From Candidatus Parcubacteria bacterium (lineage in GTDB: Bacteria; Patescibacteriota; Minisyncoccia; SURF-38): a stretch of DNA of 64,000 bases. The notes under the pieces were generated by a model. That model was not told the DNA's origin. It saw only the letters and a list, made by a program, of their open reading frames with translations, and made no database searches. Both the position numbers and the translations under genes were made by a program. Where the stretch lies: assembly GCA_003599335.1 (NCBI GenBank), contig QZJN01000014.1, positions 1,432 through 65,431 of the forward strand, given 5' to 3'. Positions 36,755 to 47,149 of this stretch are shown here, piece by piece (position 1 is the first letter of the stretch; the number at the start of each line of letters is the position of its first letter).

Positions 36755-37474
36755 TTAGAATATCGGATTTAAGGAATAAATCATGTATAGTCCCAGGGCT
36801 ATCAGAAATATTCCAACACCTAAGCGCATAATACCCCTGTGTTCCTTGCGCCAAGTTTCAAGTCTATCTGAGGATGTTCCGAAATAAGCAATTCCGATTA
36901 TGATAAATAAAGGCAAAACAAAAACAAAATTATAAAGCAGCAAAAGCGGTACGGCTGAAGTATAGGCTCCTTTGGACAAAAGACCAAGAATTGCAAGATA
37001 AGGCGCTCCGGTGCAGGGGAGTTCGACAAGCACAACAAGGATGCCCAGTAGGGCGGTGGTTAGAATAAGCAACGCCGGATGACGTTTCTCCATTGCCTCT
37101 ATTTTGCTCGTGTAATATTTTATTCTCTCGGCTCCCCCGGGTATCATTTGCAAGGAAAAACCCTTTCCGTACCAGAAATAGTCTTTTATTTCGAAAAAGC
37201 CAGCCGCGATTGCAATGAGCGCCGCAATCCAGTAAAAAGTCGAGGCTATACCTACGTCAACCGTTATCTTCAGTATTCCAAAGCCGATGAGAAGATAGGT
37301 TATATAGACAACCAACGAGTATAGGAGGCCTCCAAGGACCATTCTCTTTCCGCTTTTGAATACGCGGGTCATGAATGCGATTAAGAATATCAAAACCCCG
37401 AAGACGCAGGGGTTGATACTATCGATGAGGGCTGCCGTTATGACCAGTCCTATTGTTAAACCTTCGGGAAACAT
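36755..37474 (-). CDS. ccdA: CcdA/DsbD-family protein (paralog 2)
   Basis: DSINPCVFGVL and ELPCTGAPYLAILGLL motifs. Confidence 0.75.
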   Translation of the reverse strand: MFPEGLTIGLVITAALIDSINPCVFGVLIFLIAFMTRVFKSGKRMVLGGLLYSLVVYITYLLIGFGILKITVDVGIASTFYWIAALIAIAAGFFEIKDYFWYGKGFSLQMIPGGAERIKYYTSKIEAMEKRHPALLILTTALLGILVVLVELPCTGAPYLAILGLLSKGAYTSAVPLLLLYNFVFVLPLFIIIGIAYFGTSSDRLETWRKEHRGIMRLGVGIFLIALGLYMIYSLNPIF

Positions 37475-38283
37475 TATAGTGGACAGTTAGCGAAATCCGC
37501 TAAGTTATTTAATTGTTGCAATCCTTCCAACCTTTTGGTTTCTTCTCCTTCCGGTTCCAAAATGAAAGTCGGCGTTTTGTTAACATTTTTATCCAGACAT
37601 AACTGAGGATTTCCGCCAGGACCTTCCGGGTGGCATTCCACAGAATTTAACTGCAAATATGCCGGCCCAAGGAGTTTTTCCTGACGTTTGCAATTGCTGC
37701 ATTTTACGGATTTGTAATAGACGACTCCTTTTTGGTTTAAGCACTGGACAAATTCGGAGTAGTCGGCTTTTGTCGATGTACCGGTTTGAGCAAAGTAGGT
37801 TATCGCCGATAAAAGCAAGCCTCCTATTATAAGAGGTGCTATTAATCTTGCGGTCGGGCGTTCGGGCATTGATACCCCGGTAATTATGAGTATTCCTATC
37901 ATCAAGATTTTGGAAGATTCGCAAAGGATGCAAAAAGCCTTTATGACAAATAACTCCAACGAGGAAAGATAAAGAGACGGAATCAGAACCAACAGGGTGA
38001 CGACAAACATTTTTTGAAATACAGCCTCGCTTTTGTCTTTGAGAACCCAAAATAAGATTAGGAAAAAATACCCAAGGCCGAGTAAAGATACGGGAATCCC
38101 GAAAATCTCCGAATAAATACTTGTTGTTACGACATCGCAAGAAACGGTTTCGGATATATCGCAAAAAGACCGAGTCTCTGCAAAATGAATGTATGTGAGG
38201 TATGCCATAATAGCGATACCCCCCAATGCAAGAACGGAAATTATTATGCGCCGGACCGATAATCCCAATATATTTTTATCCAT
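37474..38283 (-). CDS. VKOR fused to a thioredoxin-like domain (DsbB-analog disulfide oxidoreductase)
   Basis: VKOR loop Cys pair (FCDISETVSCD) and CILC. The C-terminal Trx-like domain has CSNC. Confidence 0.65.
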   Translation of the reverse strand: MDKNILGLSVRRIIISVLALGGIAIMAYLTYIHFAETRSFCDISETVSCDVVTTSIYSEIFGIPVSLLGLGYFFLILFWVLKDKSEAVFQKMFVVTLLVLIPSLYLSSLELFVIKAFCILCESSKILMIGILIITGVSMPERPTARLIAPLIIGGLLLSAITYFAQTGTSTKADYSEFVQCLNQKGVVYYKSVKCSNCKRQEKLLGPAYLQLNSVECHPEGPGGNPQLCLDKNVNKTPTFILEPEGEETKRLEGLQQLNNLADFANCPL

Positions 38284-38292
38284 TTATTATTT

Positions 38293-38709
38293 TTATTTCC
38301 AGAGTTCTTTAAACGATTTTGGCCAACCGATATAAAGCAGGATTGCTAATGGCGCGCCCCAATTTGCCCATCTTTCTATAAAATCCCAGATGGGTTCACC
38401 GGCGATGGGTCTTAATAAAGCCGTCCAGAATCCCCAGAAAGTCATCCATAAAAGTGCAACGCGGACCGGCTTTATCAGAATCAATACAGCAAGGGCAATA
38501 TCCATAATGCCAATAAGTGGCATGATGGTCATTGCCGTGTCTGGGGAGAGGTTGACAGCTTCAAAGTATTTTATCCAGCTTTGTTTTTGCTGTAATGCAA
38601 AAATGCCATGGCCAAAAAATTCTCCGGCTACCGCAATTCTTAAGACCCACAACATCAATCTTCCTTTTGCATTTTGATCGGATTGATAAGAGATATTTTG
38701 AGTTTCCAT
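38293..38709 (-). CDS. DoxX-like membrane protein
   Basis: Hydrophobic 138-aa DoxX-type 4-TM protein. Confidence 0.5.
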   Translation of the reverse strand: METQNISYQSDQNAKGRLMLWVLRIAVAGEFFGHGIFALQQKQSWIKYFEAVNLSPDTAMTIMPLIGIMDIALAVLILIKPVRVALLWMTFWGFWTALLRPIAGEPIWDFIERWANWGAPLAILLYIGWPKSFKELWK

Positions 38710-38752
38710 ACGTTCTAATTATAACAATAATTATAGATTACGACCTTGTGTA

Positions 38753-39952
38753 TTAATTTTGATAAATACGAATTAATTCACCAAATTTTAAGAGCCTTTC
38801 TCTGACCGGCGCCCCAATTTTAACTCCATCGGCACCGCAGGCTTTTGCCAGTTGTATTATAAAAACATCGTCTGTTTCTCCGGAACGATGTGAAATTATA
38901 ACTTTTAAATTATTTGATCGGGCGGCTTTAATTGCCAGTATTGTTTCGGTTATTGTTCCAATCTGATTCGGTTTTATAATTACCCCATTAATAAGGCCCT
39001 TCTCGGCCGACTCGCGGATTGTTTTTGGGTTTGTTGTTGTTAGATCGTCTCCAATAATTAAAGCATCCGGCATTCTCAGACGCAGTTTCCTGAAAGCTTC
39101 AAAATCGGTTTCAGCAAACGGATCTTCCAACGAGAAGAGGAGATTAATTTTAGAAAAGTATTCCTGGTATATCTTTACCAAATCTTCGGCGGATAATTTT
39201 TTACCTCCGAGTTTATAGTAATTTTGTTGGTAGAAATTGTTTGCGGCAACATCAAGTCCAAGTTTCATTTTATCCTCAAATCCCAATGCCACAATGAGAT
39301 GTTCCAGTATTTTGAGAGGCTGAAAATCGTCATTAAAATTTGTAGAAAAACCACCCTCGTCACCAAGCGGCAATTCATCAAGTTGACCGGACTTTTTCAG
39401 TTCATTGCCCAGGGCGTTATAAATAGTTTTTAGATTTTCAATACTTTCTTTAAGATTTGTGTTTGTCTCGGTGACCACTAAATATTCTTGGATAGAAAGG
39501 TTATTTTTTGCATGAGCACCCCCGTTTATTAAATTTGAAAAAATCAGGGGAGAATTTTCTTTATTATTTTCTTTAAAAAACTCATCTCTCAAAAACTGCC
39601 ATAATTCTTGTTTGTATTCCGCCGCCATGGCTCTGGCTCCGGCAATTGATATGCCAAGAATAAAGTTGCCCCCCAACTTTTCTTTTTTAGGAGTATTATC
39701 TGTTTTTAGAAGGAAAGCGTCGAGTTCTTCCGTAGAATTAAAATTTTTGCCGATTAACTCTTGCTTAACATTTTCTAGTGATTTTTTTACTCGATCCGGA
39801 GAAAAAACAGAAGCCTCGTTTGCACCCCGGCTTTTTCCGGAAGGTATTTGGGCGCAAAAATTTTTATCGTCATCACTTAAAAGGCAAACTTCGATAGTTG
39901 GCTCCGATCTTGAATCGAGTATTTCTTTTACAAATATGTTCTTAAACCTCAT
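38753..39952 (-). CDS. eno: Enolase (phosphopyruvate hydratase)
   Basis: EILDSRSEPTIEV at the N-terminus and SHRSGETDD near the C-terminus are enolase signatures. Confidence 0.85.
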   Translation of the reverse strand: MRFKNIFVKEILDSRSEPTIEVCLLSDDDKNFCAQIPSGKSRGANEASVFSPDRVKKSLENVKQELIGKNFNSTEELDAFLLKTDNTPKKEKLGGNFILGISIAGARAMAAEYKQELWQFLRDEFFKENNKENSPLIFSNLINGGAHAKNNLSIQEYLVVTETNTNLKESIENLKTIYNALGNELKKSGQLDELPLGDEGGFSTNFNDDFQPLKILEHLIVALGFEDKMKLGLDVAANNFYQQNYYKLGGKKLSAEDLVKIYQEYFSKINLLFSLEDPFAETDFEAFRKLRLRMPDALIIGDDLTTTNPKTIRESAEKGLINGVIIKPNQIGTITETILAIKAARSNNLKVIISHRSGETDDVFIIQLAKACGADGVKIGAPVRERLLKFGELIRIYQN

Positions 39953-39959
39953 GATTTTT

Positions 39960-41363
39960 TCAGCCCAATTTGTCGACTATTAGATAGATTGCGAAAAATA
40001 TATAAAAAACAGAAGTGAACGCCATTAATAAATTCATAATCCACCCCGGTCTCAATTGCGGCGGCAGGCGTCGATTGTTTATATATATGATCATTGGGGT
40101 ATAGATGGCCATGGTTATGCCTCCAAGAGCCGCGCTGATAGTAAGCAAAGTCAGGGGTTGCTTGAAGGGGATTAGGGTCGCGCTAATAATAACAAGCCCG
40201 ACGATAAGGGCGTAATAAAGCTGGCTTAAAGAGAAGCGTTTTGTCCAAGAGAGGTATTTTTGGAAAGGACCGACGTGAGAATTAACAAAAATAATATCGC
40301 TGACAATGCGAGTAAAAGCATCAATCACCGTCCACATTACGGAAAAAAGCATTAAGAAGGCCATGATGAGAAAAAGGTTAAAACCGAATTCTCCCCATTT
40401 GTCGCCGAAAATATATGCCTGAACAACGGCGACATTTAATCCTTCTGGGACCAAACCACGGGGGACAAGCACCGCGTGGGCATTGATGCTTAGGAGGAGA
40501 AGGGTAACAAATCCCAAAAACCAAAATATTAACCCCTGGTCGATTTTCATAAAGAGCATCCATCTTTTCCACCTTGAGAGATTTGTTTGGGTTGGTTCAA
40601 AGGTGTAGCCGGTTGAAGCGACGGCCTCCGGCCTTGCCGTAATGGGGTTTATGATGCGCCCAATATATTTACCCATGCCGGCCTGTTTATCTCGATACCA
40701 TAAAGATACACAGGTATTAAGAAGGCCTCCGGCCCCGGCAAAAACAATTGCTCCAAGTAAAACATCAATATCGATTCCCTCCGGTAGCCAGCCAAAATTC
40801 AAAACGCCTTTTAAAGCCGTAAAGATTTGCTGAGGAGATAAAGTCAGAAAACTTATTATAACAAGAAGAACGAAAAATGAAGGAACTGTTATTTTTAAAG
40901 ATTTTTCAAGAACAACGTAGGCAACCTTACCGCTGAAGGTTAGAACCAACACAAGACCCAGGCTTGCCCAAGCCCAGGCGAGATAGCTTCCGAAGCCAAA
41001 AAGTTCTTTTAAGGTTGTTCCCATAGCTGCTGCCCAACCCGGCCAAATGTAGAGTATTACCGCCGAAAGAAGCCACAATGGAGCAAACCATTTAAAGACT
41101 CTTGCCGAGGAAGTAAAAAAACTTTCTCCAGTGGCTAGTTCGTGTCTGGCTACTTCGTGATTGATGAACCATTGCAGGGTTATTCCCAAGAAGGCCGCCC
41201 ACAGAAGCCCGAGGCCATATTTGGTAATGAGGTGCGGCCACATAATTAACTCTCCGGTTCCGATTGCTAGTCCCATTACTACTATTCCGACACCGATTGC
41301 ATTTTTCCAGGAAGGTGCTTCGGGTAATTCCCTTATTTCAAGTGGTGGATATTGATCAGTCAT
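39960..41363 (-). CDS. Polytopic membrane protein, putative transporter (family uncertain)
   Basis: More than 10 predicted TM helices. Only weak resemblance to Nramp-type metal transporters. Confidence 0.35.
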   Translation of the reverse strand: MTDQYPPLEIRELPEAPSWKNAIGVGIVVMGLAIGTGELIMWPHLITKYGLGLLWAAFLGITLQWFINHEVARHELATGESFFTSSARVFKWFAPLWLLSAVILYIWPGWAAAMGTTLKELFGFGSYLAWAWASLGLVLVLTFSGKVAYVVLEKSLKITVPSFFVLLVIISFLTLSPQQIFTALKGVLNFGWLPEGIDIDVLLGAIVFAGAGGLLNTCVSLWYRDKQAGMGKYIGRIINPITARPEAVASTGYTFEPTQTNLSRWKRWMLFMKIDQGLIFWFLGFVTLLLLSINAHAVLVPRGLVPEGLNVAVVQAYIFGDKWGEFGFNLFLIMAFLMLFSVMWTVIDAFTRIVSDIIFVNSHVGPFQKYLSWTKRFSLSQLYYALIVGLVIISATLIPFKQPLTLLTISAALGGITMAIYTPMIIYINNRRLPPQLRPGWIMNLLMAFTSVFYIFFAIYLIVDKLG

Positions 41364-42405
41364 TGTTAGCTATATTTGATGGTTTCTTGTCGATAAAAGC
41401 TGTTATATTTTTTATTGTTGTGTCTAAAATTCTCTCGAGCGCTTCTTTAGTATTAAAAGCGTTGTGGGGAGTAATTAAGACATTTGGCATTTTCATTAGA
41501 ACGTGATTTTCAAGCACGGCTTTCAGTTTTCGATGATGCTGGTGTTTATCTTTTAAAAACGTCATTTCGTCTTTTGTTTCTCCTTCTTCTTCCAAAACAT
41601 CAAGCCCGGCTCCAGCCAAAACCTTTGTTTCAAGGGCTTCTATAAGCGCATCGGTTTCAACAATTCCACCCCTCGCTGTGTTAATTAGGTAGGCGCCGCG
41701 CTTTATTAATTTCATATTTTTTTTATTCAACAAGTGACGAGTTTTTTCGTTGTAGGGCGTATGGATAGAAATGATATCTGAATTTTTGAGCAATTCTTCA
41801 AGATTGAGATATTTAAAACCCATTGATTTTGCAGTTTCTGCGTTTGGAAATAAATCAAATGCCAGAATATTCATTGAAAATCCATGGGCAATTTTTATCA
41901 TTTCTTTGCCGATTCTTCCTGTCCCAATAATGCCGATAGCTTTGTCTTTTAAGTCCATCCCCCGCAGATCATTCAAAGCGAATGAATTAAATTCTTTGAC
42001 CCGATCAATTGCCTCGTAAAGTTTTCTGGTCAAATTAAGGATTAGACCAAACGTGAATTCGGCAACTGTGTTATCGCCATATCCCGGAACATATCCGACA
42101 AGAATATTTCTTTTCTTACACTCAATAAGATCTATATGATCAAAGCCGGTGGATCGTGTTGTGACAAACTTTAAGTTTGGCAAGAATTCAATAACCCCCT
42201 TGTTTACTTGGGAATTTACGAAAATGCATATAATCTCAAAATCATTTCTTTTGGGGAGATTTGTTGCGAGAAGTTTTTCCTTGCTTAAAAAAAGATCATG
42301 CCCTGGGAAGGCTTTTTTGATTAATTCTTCTTCCCAACCCTCTAACTCGAAAAAGGCAATTTTCATGTTAGTTTTTATTTTTTTCTTGTTTGGATACAGC
42401 GACAA
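41356..42405 (-). CDS. D-isomer-specific 2-hydroxyacid dehydrogenase (NAD-binding)
   Basis: GIIGTGRIGKEMIKIAHGF Rossmann motif plus the catalytic region typical of D-lactate/phosphoglycerate dehydrogenases. Confidence 0.75.
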   Translation of the reverse strand: MSLYPNKKKIKTNMKIAFFELEGWEEELIKKAFPGHDLFLSKEKLLATNLPKRNDFEIICIFVNSQVNKGVIEFLPNLKFVTTRSTGFDHIDLIECKKRNILVGYVPGYGDNTVAEFTFGLILNLTRKLYEAIDRVKEFNSFALNDLRGMDLKDKAIGIIGTGRIGKEMIKIAHGFSMNILAFDLFPNAETAKSMGFKYLNLEELLKNSDIISIHTPYNEKTRHLLNKKNMKLIKRGAYLINTARGGIVETDALIEALETKVLAGAGLDVLEEEGETKDEMTFLKDKHQHHRKLKAVLENHVLMKMPNVLITPHNAFNTKEALERILDTTIKNITAFIDKKPSNIANND

Positions 42406-44773
42406 TTGTTTTTACTATACTATCGGGGTTTAGAGAAATACTCTGAATTTTATTTTTGACTAAAAATTTTGCAAATTCTGGATAATCCGACGGCGCCTGG
42501 CCGCAAATACCGATATATTTTTTCTTTTGTTTAGATTTCTCTATTATTTTGGCAATCAATTTTTTAACCGAATCATCATTTTCATTGGCGATGTGAGTTA
42601 CGATGCCAGAATCTCTATCAAGTCCCAAGGTTAATTGGGTTAAGTCGTTTGAGCCGATGGACATACCGTCAAATATTTTTAAGAACTCATCAGCCAAGAT
42701 AATATTTGAGGGTATTTCACACATTACGTAAACCTTGAGAGTTTTATCTTTTTTTCTATCAAGGCCATGCTTTTTCATTATTTCAAGAACCATTTTTCCT
42801 TCCCCCGGTGTTCTGCAGAAGGGAATCATGGGCACTATGTTCTTTAGTCCCATTTTATTCCTCGCCTTTTTAAGGGCTAAACATTCAAGACCAAAAGCTT
42901 CTTTAAATTTGGGGTCATAATATCTGGAAGCTCCTCGCCAACCGAGCATGGGATTTTCTTCGTTTGGCTCATACAATTCTCCGCCAATAAGTTTGCGGTA
43001 TTCGTTGGTTTTAAAGTCTGAAAAGCGAATAATAACTTCATTTGGCCAAAATGCCGCTCCAATTTTTGCTATTCCCTCGGCGAGTTCATCAATATAATAA
43101 CTGGTTTTGTTTTTATATCCGGTAGTCAGTTCGTCGATCTGTTTTTTAAGACCGCTAGATTTTATTTTTTTGTAGTTAATAAGAGCATTGGGATGGATTT
43201 TTATGTGGGATGCGATTATAAATTCTACTCTCCCAAGTCCGACTCCACTTGTCGGCAAAAAGTGATTTTTGAAGGCTTCGTCAGGAGAGCCGATGTTTAC
43301 CATTATTTTTGTTTTTGTTTTCGGTATTTTGTCGAGGCGATGTTCGATGATTTGAAATGGTAATTTGCCTTTGTAAACGAAACCGGTTTCTCCGGATGAG
43401 CAGTCTATGGTTATTTGTTCCCCGTTTTTGAGCTTTCTTGTCGCATTTGATGTTCCGACAATGCAGGGGATGCCAAGCTCTCTGGAGACGATCGCCGCGT
43501 GGCTTGTGCGACCGCCCTTATCCGTGACAATGGCCGAGGCTATTTTCATAATCGGTTCCCAATCGGGGTCTGTTATTTCGGTAACCAAAACCTCATTCTT
43601 TTTGAACAGACTTAGCGCTTTTGAATTTTTTATTATTTTGGCTTTGCCGGCTGAAATTTTGGTGCCGACAGCGGCGCCGGAGCATAAGTCAACCCCTTTT
43701 CTTTTGAGGCGATATTCTCGGTAGATGTTTTTATCGGCAAGCGAATGGACGGTTTCTGGTCTAGCTTGAACTATAAATAATTTTTTAGAGCGTCCGTCTT
43801 TTGCCCATTCGATATCCATCGGCTGGTAATGGCCGGTTTTTTTAGAGAAATAATCTTCAATTTTAATACACCAGGAAGCAAGTTTTAAAATTTCATCCTC
43901 GGAAAGGCAGAGGGATGTTTTTTCGGAGACCGATGCGGAAACTTTTTTTGTTCCGTGCTTACCGTATATAAGTTTAGTTGCCTTTGAGCCCAAGTCTTTT
44001 GCTATAATTGATTTAAAACCATGCTTAAGAGTTGGTTTAAAGACGATAAATTCATCAGGAGTAACTTTACCCTGAACTATCATTTCGCCAAGACCCCATG
44101 AGCCGTTGATTATAACAACATTGTCAAAGCCGGTCTCGGTGTCCAGTGTAAAGGCGACGCCGCTTGAGCCAAGATCGGAACGAACCATTTTTTGAATTGC
44201 TACGGATAGAGAAATATCAAAGTGAGAAAAACCCTTATCAACCCGATAGGAAATTGCTCTGTCGGTAAATAAGGAAGCGAAACATTTTTTGACTGAAATT
44301 AAAACTTCATTTATGCCGACAACATTAAGGTATGTCTCTTGTTGTCCTGCAAATGAAGCTCCCGGCAGATCTTCGGCCGTTGCCGAAGAGCGGACGGCAA
44401 CATCTGGTTTATTAAAATAAATTTTACCGAGCCTTTCGTAAGCTTCGGTTATAGCCTTTATCAGTTCTGGCGGGAGGGGAGATTGTAATATAAGTTGTCT
44501 CACGGCTTTACCCTTCATTTGTAAAGCTTTTATATTTTTGGTGTTCAATCCGGAAAGCAGCGTTCTTATTTTTGTATCAAGTTCAGATTTTTTTAGGAAA
44601 TAACGATATGCCCCGGCCGTTATTGCAAAGCCGTTGGGCACCGAAATTCCAAGCGGCGTGAGATTCGAGTGCATTTCGCCAAGTGAAGCATTTTTACCGC
44701 CGACCAAAGACACGTCGTTTATATTTATTTCTTTGAACCAGAGTATGAAAGCGTCTTTTTTGGAAATTTTCAT
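42368..44773 (-). CDS. ppsA: Phosphoenolpyruvate synthase (pyruvate, water dikinase)
   Basis: N-terminal VSLVGGKNASLGEM, a central phospho-His domain and a C-terminal PEP-utilising TIM barrel; 801 aa. Confidence 0.82.
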   Translation of the reverse strand: MKISKKDAFILWFKEININDVSLVGGKNASLGEMHSNLTPLGISVPNGFAITAGAYRYFLKKSELDTKIRTLLSGLNTKNIKALQMKGKAVRQLILQSPLPPELIKAITEAYERLGKIYFNKPDVAVRSSATAEDLPGASFAGQQETYLNVVGINEVLISVKKCFASLFTDRAISYRVDKGFSHFDISLSVAIQKMVRSDLGSSGVAFTLDTETGFDNVVIINGSWGLGEMIVQGKVTPDEFIVFKPTLKHGFKSIIAKDLGSKATKLIYGKHGTKKVSASVSEKTSLCLSEDEILKLASWCIKIEDYFSKKTGHYQPMDIEWAKDGRSKKLFIVQARPETVHSLADKNIYREYRLKRKGVDLCSGAAVGTKISAGKAKIIKNSKALSLFKKNEVLVTEITDPDWEPIMKIASAIVTDKGGRTSHAAIVSRELGIPCIVGTSNATRKLKNGEQITIDCSSGETGFVYKGKLPFQIIEHRLDKIPKTKTKIMVNIGSPDEAFKNHFLPTSGVGLGRVEFIIASHIKIHPNALINYKKIKSSGLKKQIDELTTGYKNKTSYYIDELAEGIAKIGAAFWPNEVIIRFSDFKTNEYRKLIGGELYEPNEENPMLGWRGASRYYDPKFKEAFGLECLALKKARNKMGLKNIVPMIPFCRTPGEGKMVLEIMKKHGLDRKKDKTLKVYVMCEIPSNIILADEFLKIFDGMSIGSNDLTQLTLGLDRDSGIVTHIANENDDSVKKLIAKIIEKSKQKKKYIGICGQAPSDYPEFAKFLVKNKIQSISLNPDSIVKTIVAVSKQEKNKN

Positions 44774-44789
44774 TTTCTTTTTTTAATAG

Positions 44790-46073
44790 TTATTCTTTTA
44801 GGGCCACAATAAGGTCTGAAACATTAGAACCAGTATCGTCCGTAGAAACGTAATCTTTTGTTTTTTCGAAAAAACCATAGGAATCGTTATTTTCCAAATA
44901 TGCCTTTATATCAAGATTCATCGCGAGAGCTTTTTTCTTTGTTTCCATATCACATATTGCGCCCGCAAAATCGGTATTATCCTTTCCATCGGAAGCAAAT
45001 GGCAACAACGCGAGACCTTCTTTGATTTTCTGAAGGGCAGAAAGGCCAAGTTCAAGGCTTCTTCCTCCTTTACCTGGTTTTTTTATGGTTACCGTTGTTT
45101 CTCCCCCGTATAAAAGGGCGGTCTTTGATTGTTTCGATTCAAGTTGTTCAATAATAGAAATTCCGACGTCCTTGGCCTCACCGCTTAAACAACTCGTGCA
45201 GATTATTGGCTTGAAGTTTAGTTTTTCTGCCTCTTTTGCCATTGCGTCAAGGGCTATTTTATTTGAAGCGGTCAGGATATTCTTTACTTTTGTAAAATAT
45301 TTTTCTTCTTTTGGAGTTTCGAATAATTGAATTTCCGCAAGAGAGCATTTATTTTTGATTTCGTAATCCTTTATTATTTTTTCTGCCTGGTTTACGGTTG
45401 TCGTGTCTTTTATTGTTGGCCCCGAGGCTACGAATTCAAGATTGTCGCCCGGCACATCGGAAAAAATCAAAGAGATTACATTTGCCGGGTAAGCATATTT
45501 TGCCAAATATCCTCCTCTGGCAAGAGAAATGTGTTTGCGTATTAAATTTATTTTTTGGATATCGGCGCCCGAATCAAAGAGGCAGCGCAGGATATTTGCT
45601 TCATCATAGCAGGTCATATCTTTTGGCTGACACAGGAGCGTTGAGCCTCCTCCGGAGATCATAAAAATTACTAAATCATTTTCATTCAAACCGTTAAGGA
45701 GGTTTATGATCTCTTTAGTGGCGTCAATATTGCGTTGGGTGGGGAAGGGGTGATCTCCGGTGATTACCCGGATTTTTTTAAGAGAGCCGGAGTTAGTATC
45801 AACGACAATCCCGTCATGGATCTTTTCGCCGAGTATCTTTTCGAGCGCCGCGGCGGCTTCTAAAGAACATTTACCAATGCCTACGATAAGGATGCGTTCA
45901 AGGTCGGCTAATCGATATTGATCTGATCTTATATATAGAATATTTTTTTCCAAGCGAATTAGTTGGTTTATAATTTTTTCTGTGTCAACGGATTGAAGCC
46001 CAGCCTCGGCTATTTTTAGGGCCGCAGCTCTAAGGGGTGTCTTAGAGAGTTCTTTATAATTTTTGATCTTCAT
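44790..46073 (-). CDS. Glycerate kinase (MOFRL family)
   Basis: MOFRL patterns (DLVIFMISGGGSTLL; C-terminal DGKDNTDFAGAI). Confidence 0.7.
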   Translation of the reverse strand: MKIKNYKELSKTPLRAAALKIAEAGLQSVDTEKIINQLIRLEKNILYIRSDQYRLADLERILIVGIGKCSLEAAAALEKILGEKIHDGIVVDTNSGSLKKIRVITGDHPFPTQRNIDATKEIINLLNGLNENDLVIFMISGGGSTLLCQPKDMTCYDEANILRCLFDSGADIQKINLIRKHISLARGGYLAKYAYPANVISLIFSDVPGDNLEFVASGPTIKDTTTVNQAEKIIKDYEIKNKCSLAEIQLFETPKEEKYFTKVKNILTASNKIALDAMAKEAEKLNFKPIICTSCLSGEAKDVGISIIEQLESKQSKTALLYGGETTVTIKKPGKGGRSLELGLSALQKIKEGLALLPFASDGKDNTDFAGAICDMETKKKALAMNLDIKAYLENNDSYGFFEKTKDYVSTDDTGSNVSDLIVALKE

Positions 46074-46096
46074 TTATCTGTGGCTTTATTTTTTTA

Positions 46097-46276
46097 TTAA
46101 TCATCAAGAGATGTATCTGGTGCATATTTTTCCGGTTCTTTGTCGAAGTGAGTTTTGCAACCTCTGGAACAAAAGTAATATTTTTCGCCGTTGTATTCGC
46201 TTGTTTCTTCGGTGTTTTCAAAGGGTATTTCCATCCCGCAGACGACATCAAATATTTTTGTCGTTTTTTGGTCCAT
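46097..46276 (-). CDS. YHS/TRASH-domain small metal-binding protein (59 aa)
   Basis: Below the track cutoff. It reads MDQKTTKIFDVVCGMEIPFENTEETSEYNGEKYYFCSRGCKTHFDKEPEKY, which is a YHS signature (CGM...YYFCS..C). Confidence 0.55.
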   Translation of the reverse strand: MDQKTTKIFDVVCGMEIPFENTEETSEYNGEKYYFCSRGCKTHFDKEPEKYAPDTSLDD

Positions 46277-46302
46277 AAATTAAGTATAACTTATTTTAAA
46301 AT

Positions 46303-46662
46303 TTAAGGCTGCGAAAGTTCACAGCCGCTTTCTTGTGATAATTTTTTAAGCCCCTGTTCTCCTACAAGCTTGCGCCCGTCTTGTAAGATCCATGTTGGAT
46401 AGCCCTCAATTCCTTTTTGAATGCAAAGTTGAGGTTGTGCCGGGCATTCGACATAAGGGACAAATTTGAACGAGTTGCCAAAGAGTCTTTTTTCATTTTG
46501 ACAATGAGGGCACCATTTAGCCCCATACATAGTTACATTTTTTTCTTTCAGACATTGGGCAAAACCATCGAGGGTGCCTTTAACAGGAGGAGTTTTAAAC
46601 AAAAAATATAACCCAATTATCGCAATAATAACTAATCCAGCAATTAGGTAATCTCTTTTCAT
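46303..46662 (-). CDS. Membrane-anchored thioredoxin-fold protein (WCPHC)
   Basis: N-terminal TM anchor and a CxxC in a Trx-like context. Confidence 0.65.
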   Translation of the reverse strand: MKRDYLIAGLVIIAIIGLYFLFKTPPVKGTLDGFAQCLKEKNVTMYGAKWCPHCQNEKRLFGNSFKFVPYVECPAQPQLCIQKGIEGYPTWILQDGRKLVGEQGLKKLSQESGCELSQP

Positions 46663-46663
46663 A

Positions 46664-47143
46664 TTAACAACAGTTTTTTAATTTCTTTTTTAGCTCTTCG
46701 ATTCTCTGTAAATCTTTAGAGGCATTCAGTTCTTTATTAATCAACGTTGTCGGCCTTATGAAAATCAGGTATAGAGCAACAGCAAGAAGAGCAATTTCCA
46801 ATATTAAAGCTTTCCAGCCCATATTTAGTAATAGGATATAAGTCAGAATGATTCCTGGAAGAATAAATAATATTTTCCATAAGAGAGGGTTTGAGTTTGC
46901 CCAATGCCAAGATTTCTCGCTCTGATAGGCTATGCCAACGACAGTCCCTCCCATAAGAAGAGCTGTCAATAAAGAGAATTCATTTTTACCGACGATTCCA
47001 AGCAACGATCCTGCCGTGAGCAAAACCCATGTTCCACTTACGCCAGCGCATACCGGACATATTTTGAAAGCCGTAGCTTTATTGGTAAGCCAAACAATAA
47101 AGGTGATTATAAGGATTGATAGGGTTGTTAGAATAACGTTCAT
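46664..47143 (-). CDS. Hypothetical membrane protein with CPVC motif
   Basis: Hydrophobic 159-aa ORF with a CxxC near the first TM. Confidence 0.45.
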   Translation of the reverse strand: MNVILTTLSILIITFIVWLTNKATAFKICPVCAGVSGTWVLLTAGSLLGIVGKNEFSLLTALLMGGTVVGIAYQSEKSWHWANSNPLLWKILFILPGIILTYILLLNMGWKALILEIALLAVALYLIFIRPTTLINKELNASKDLQRIEELKKKLKNCC

Positions 47144-47149
47144 ATTTAG

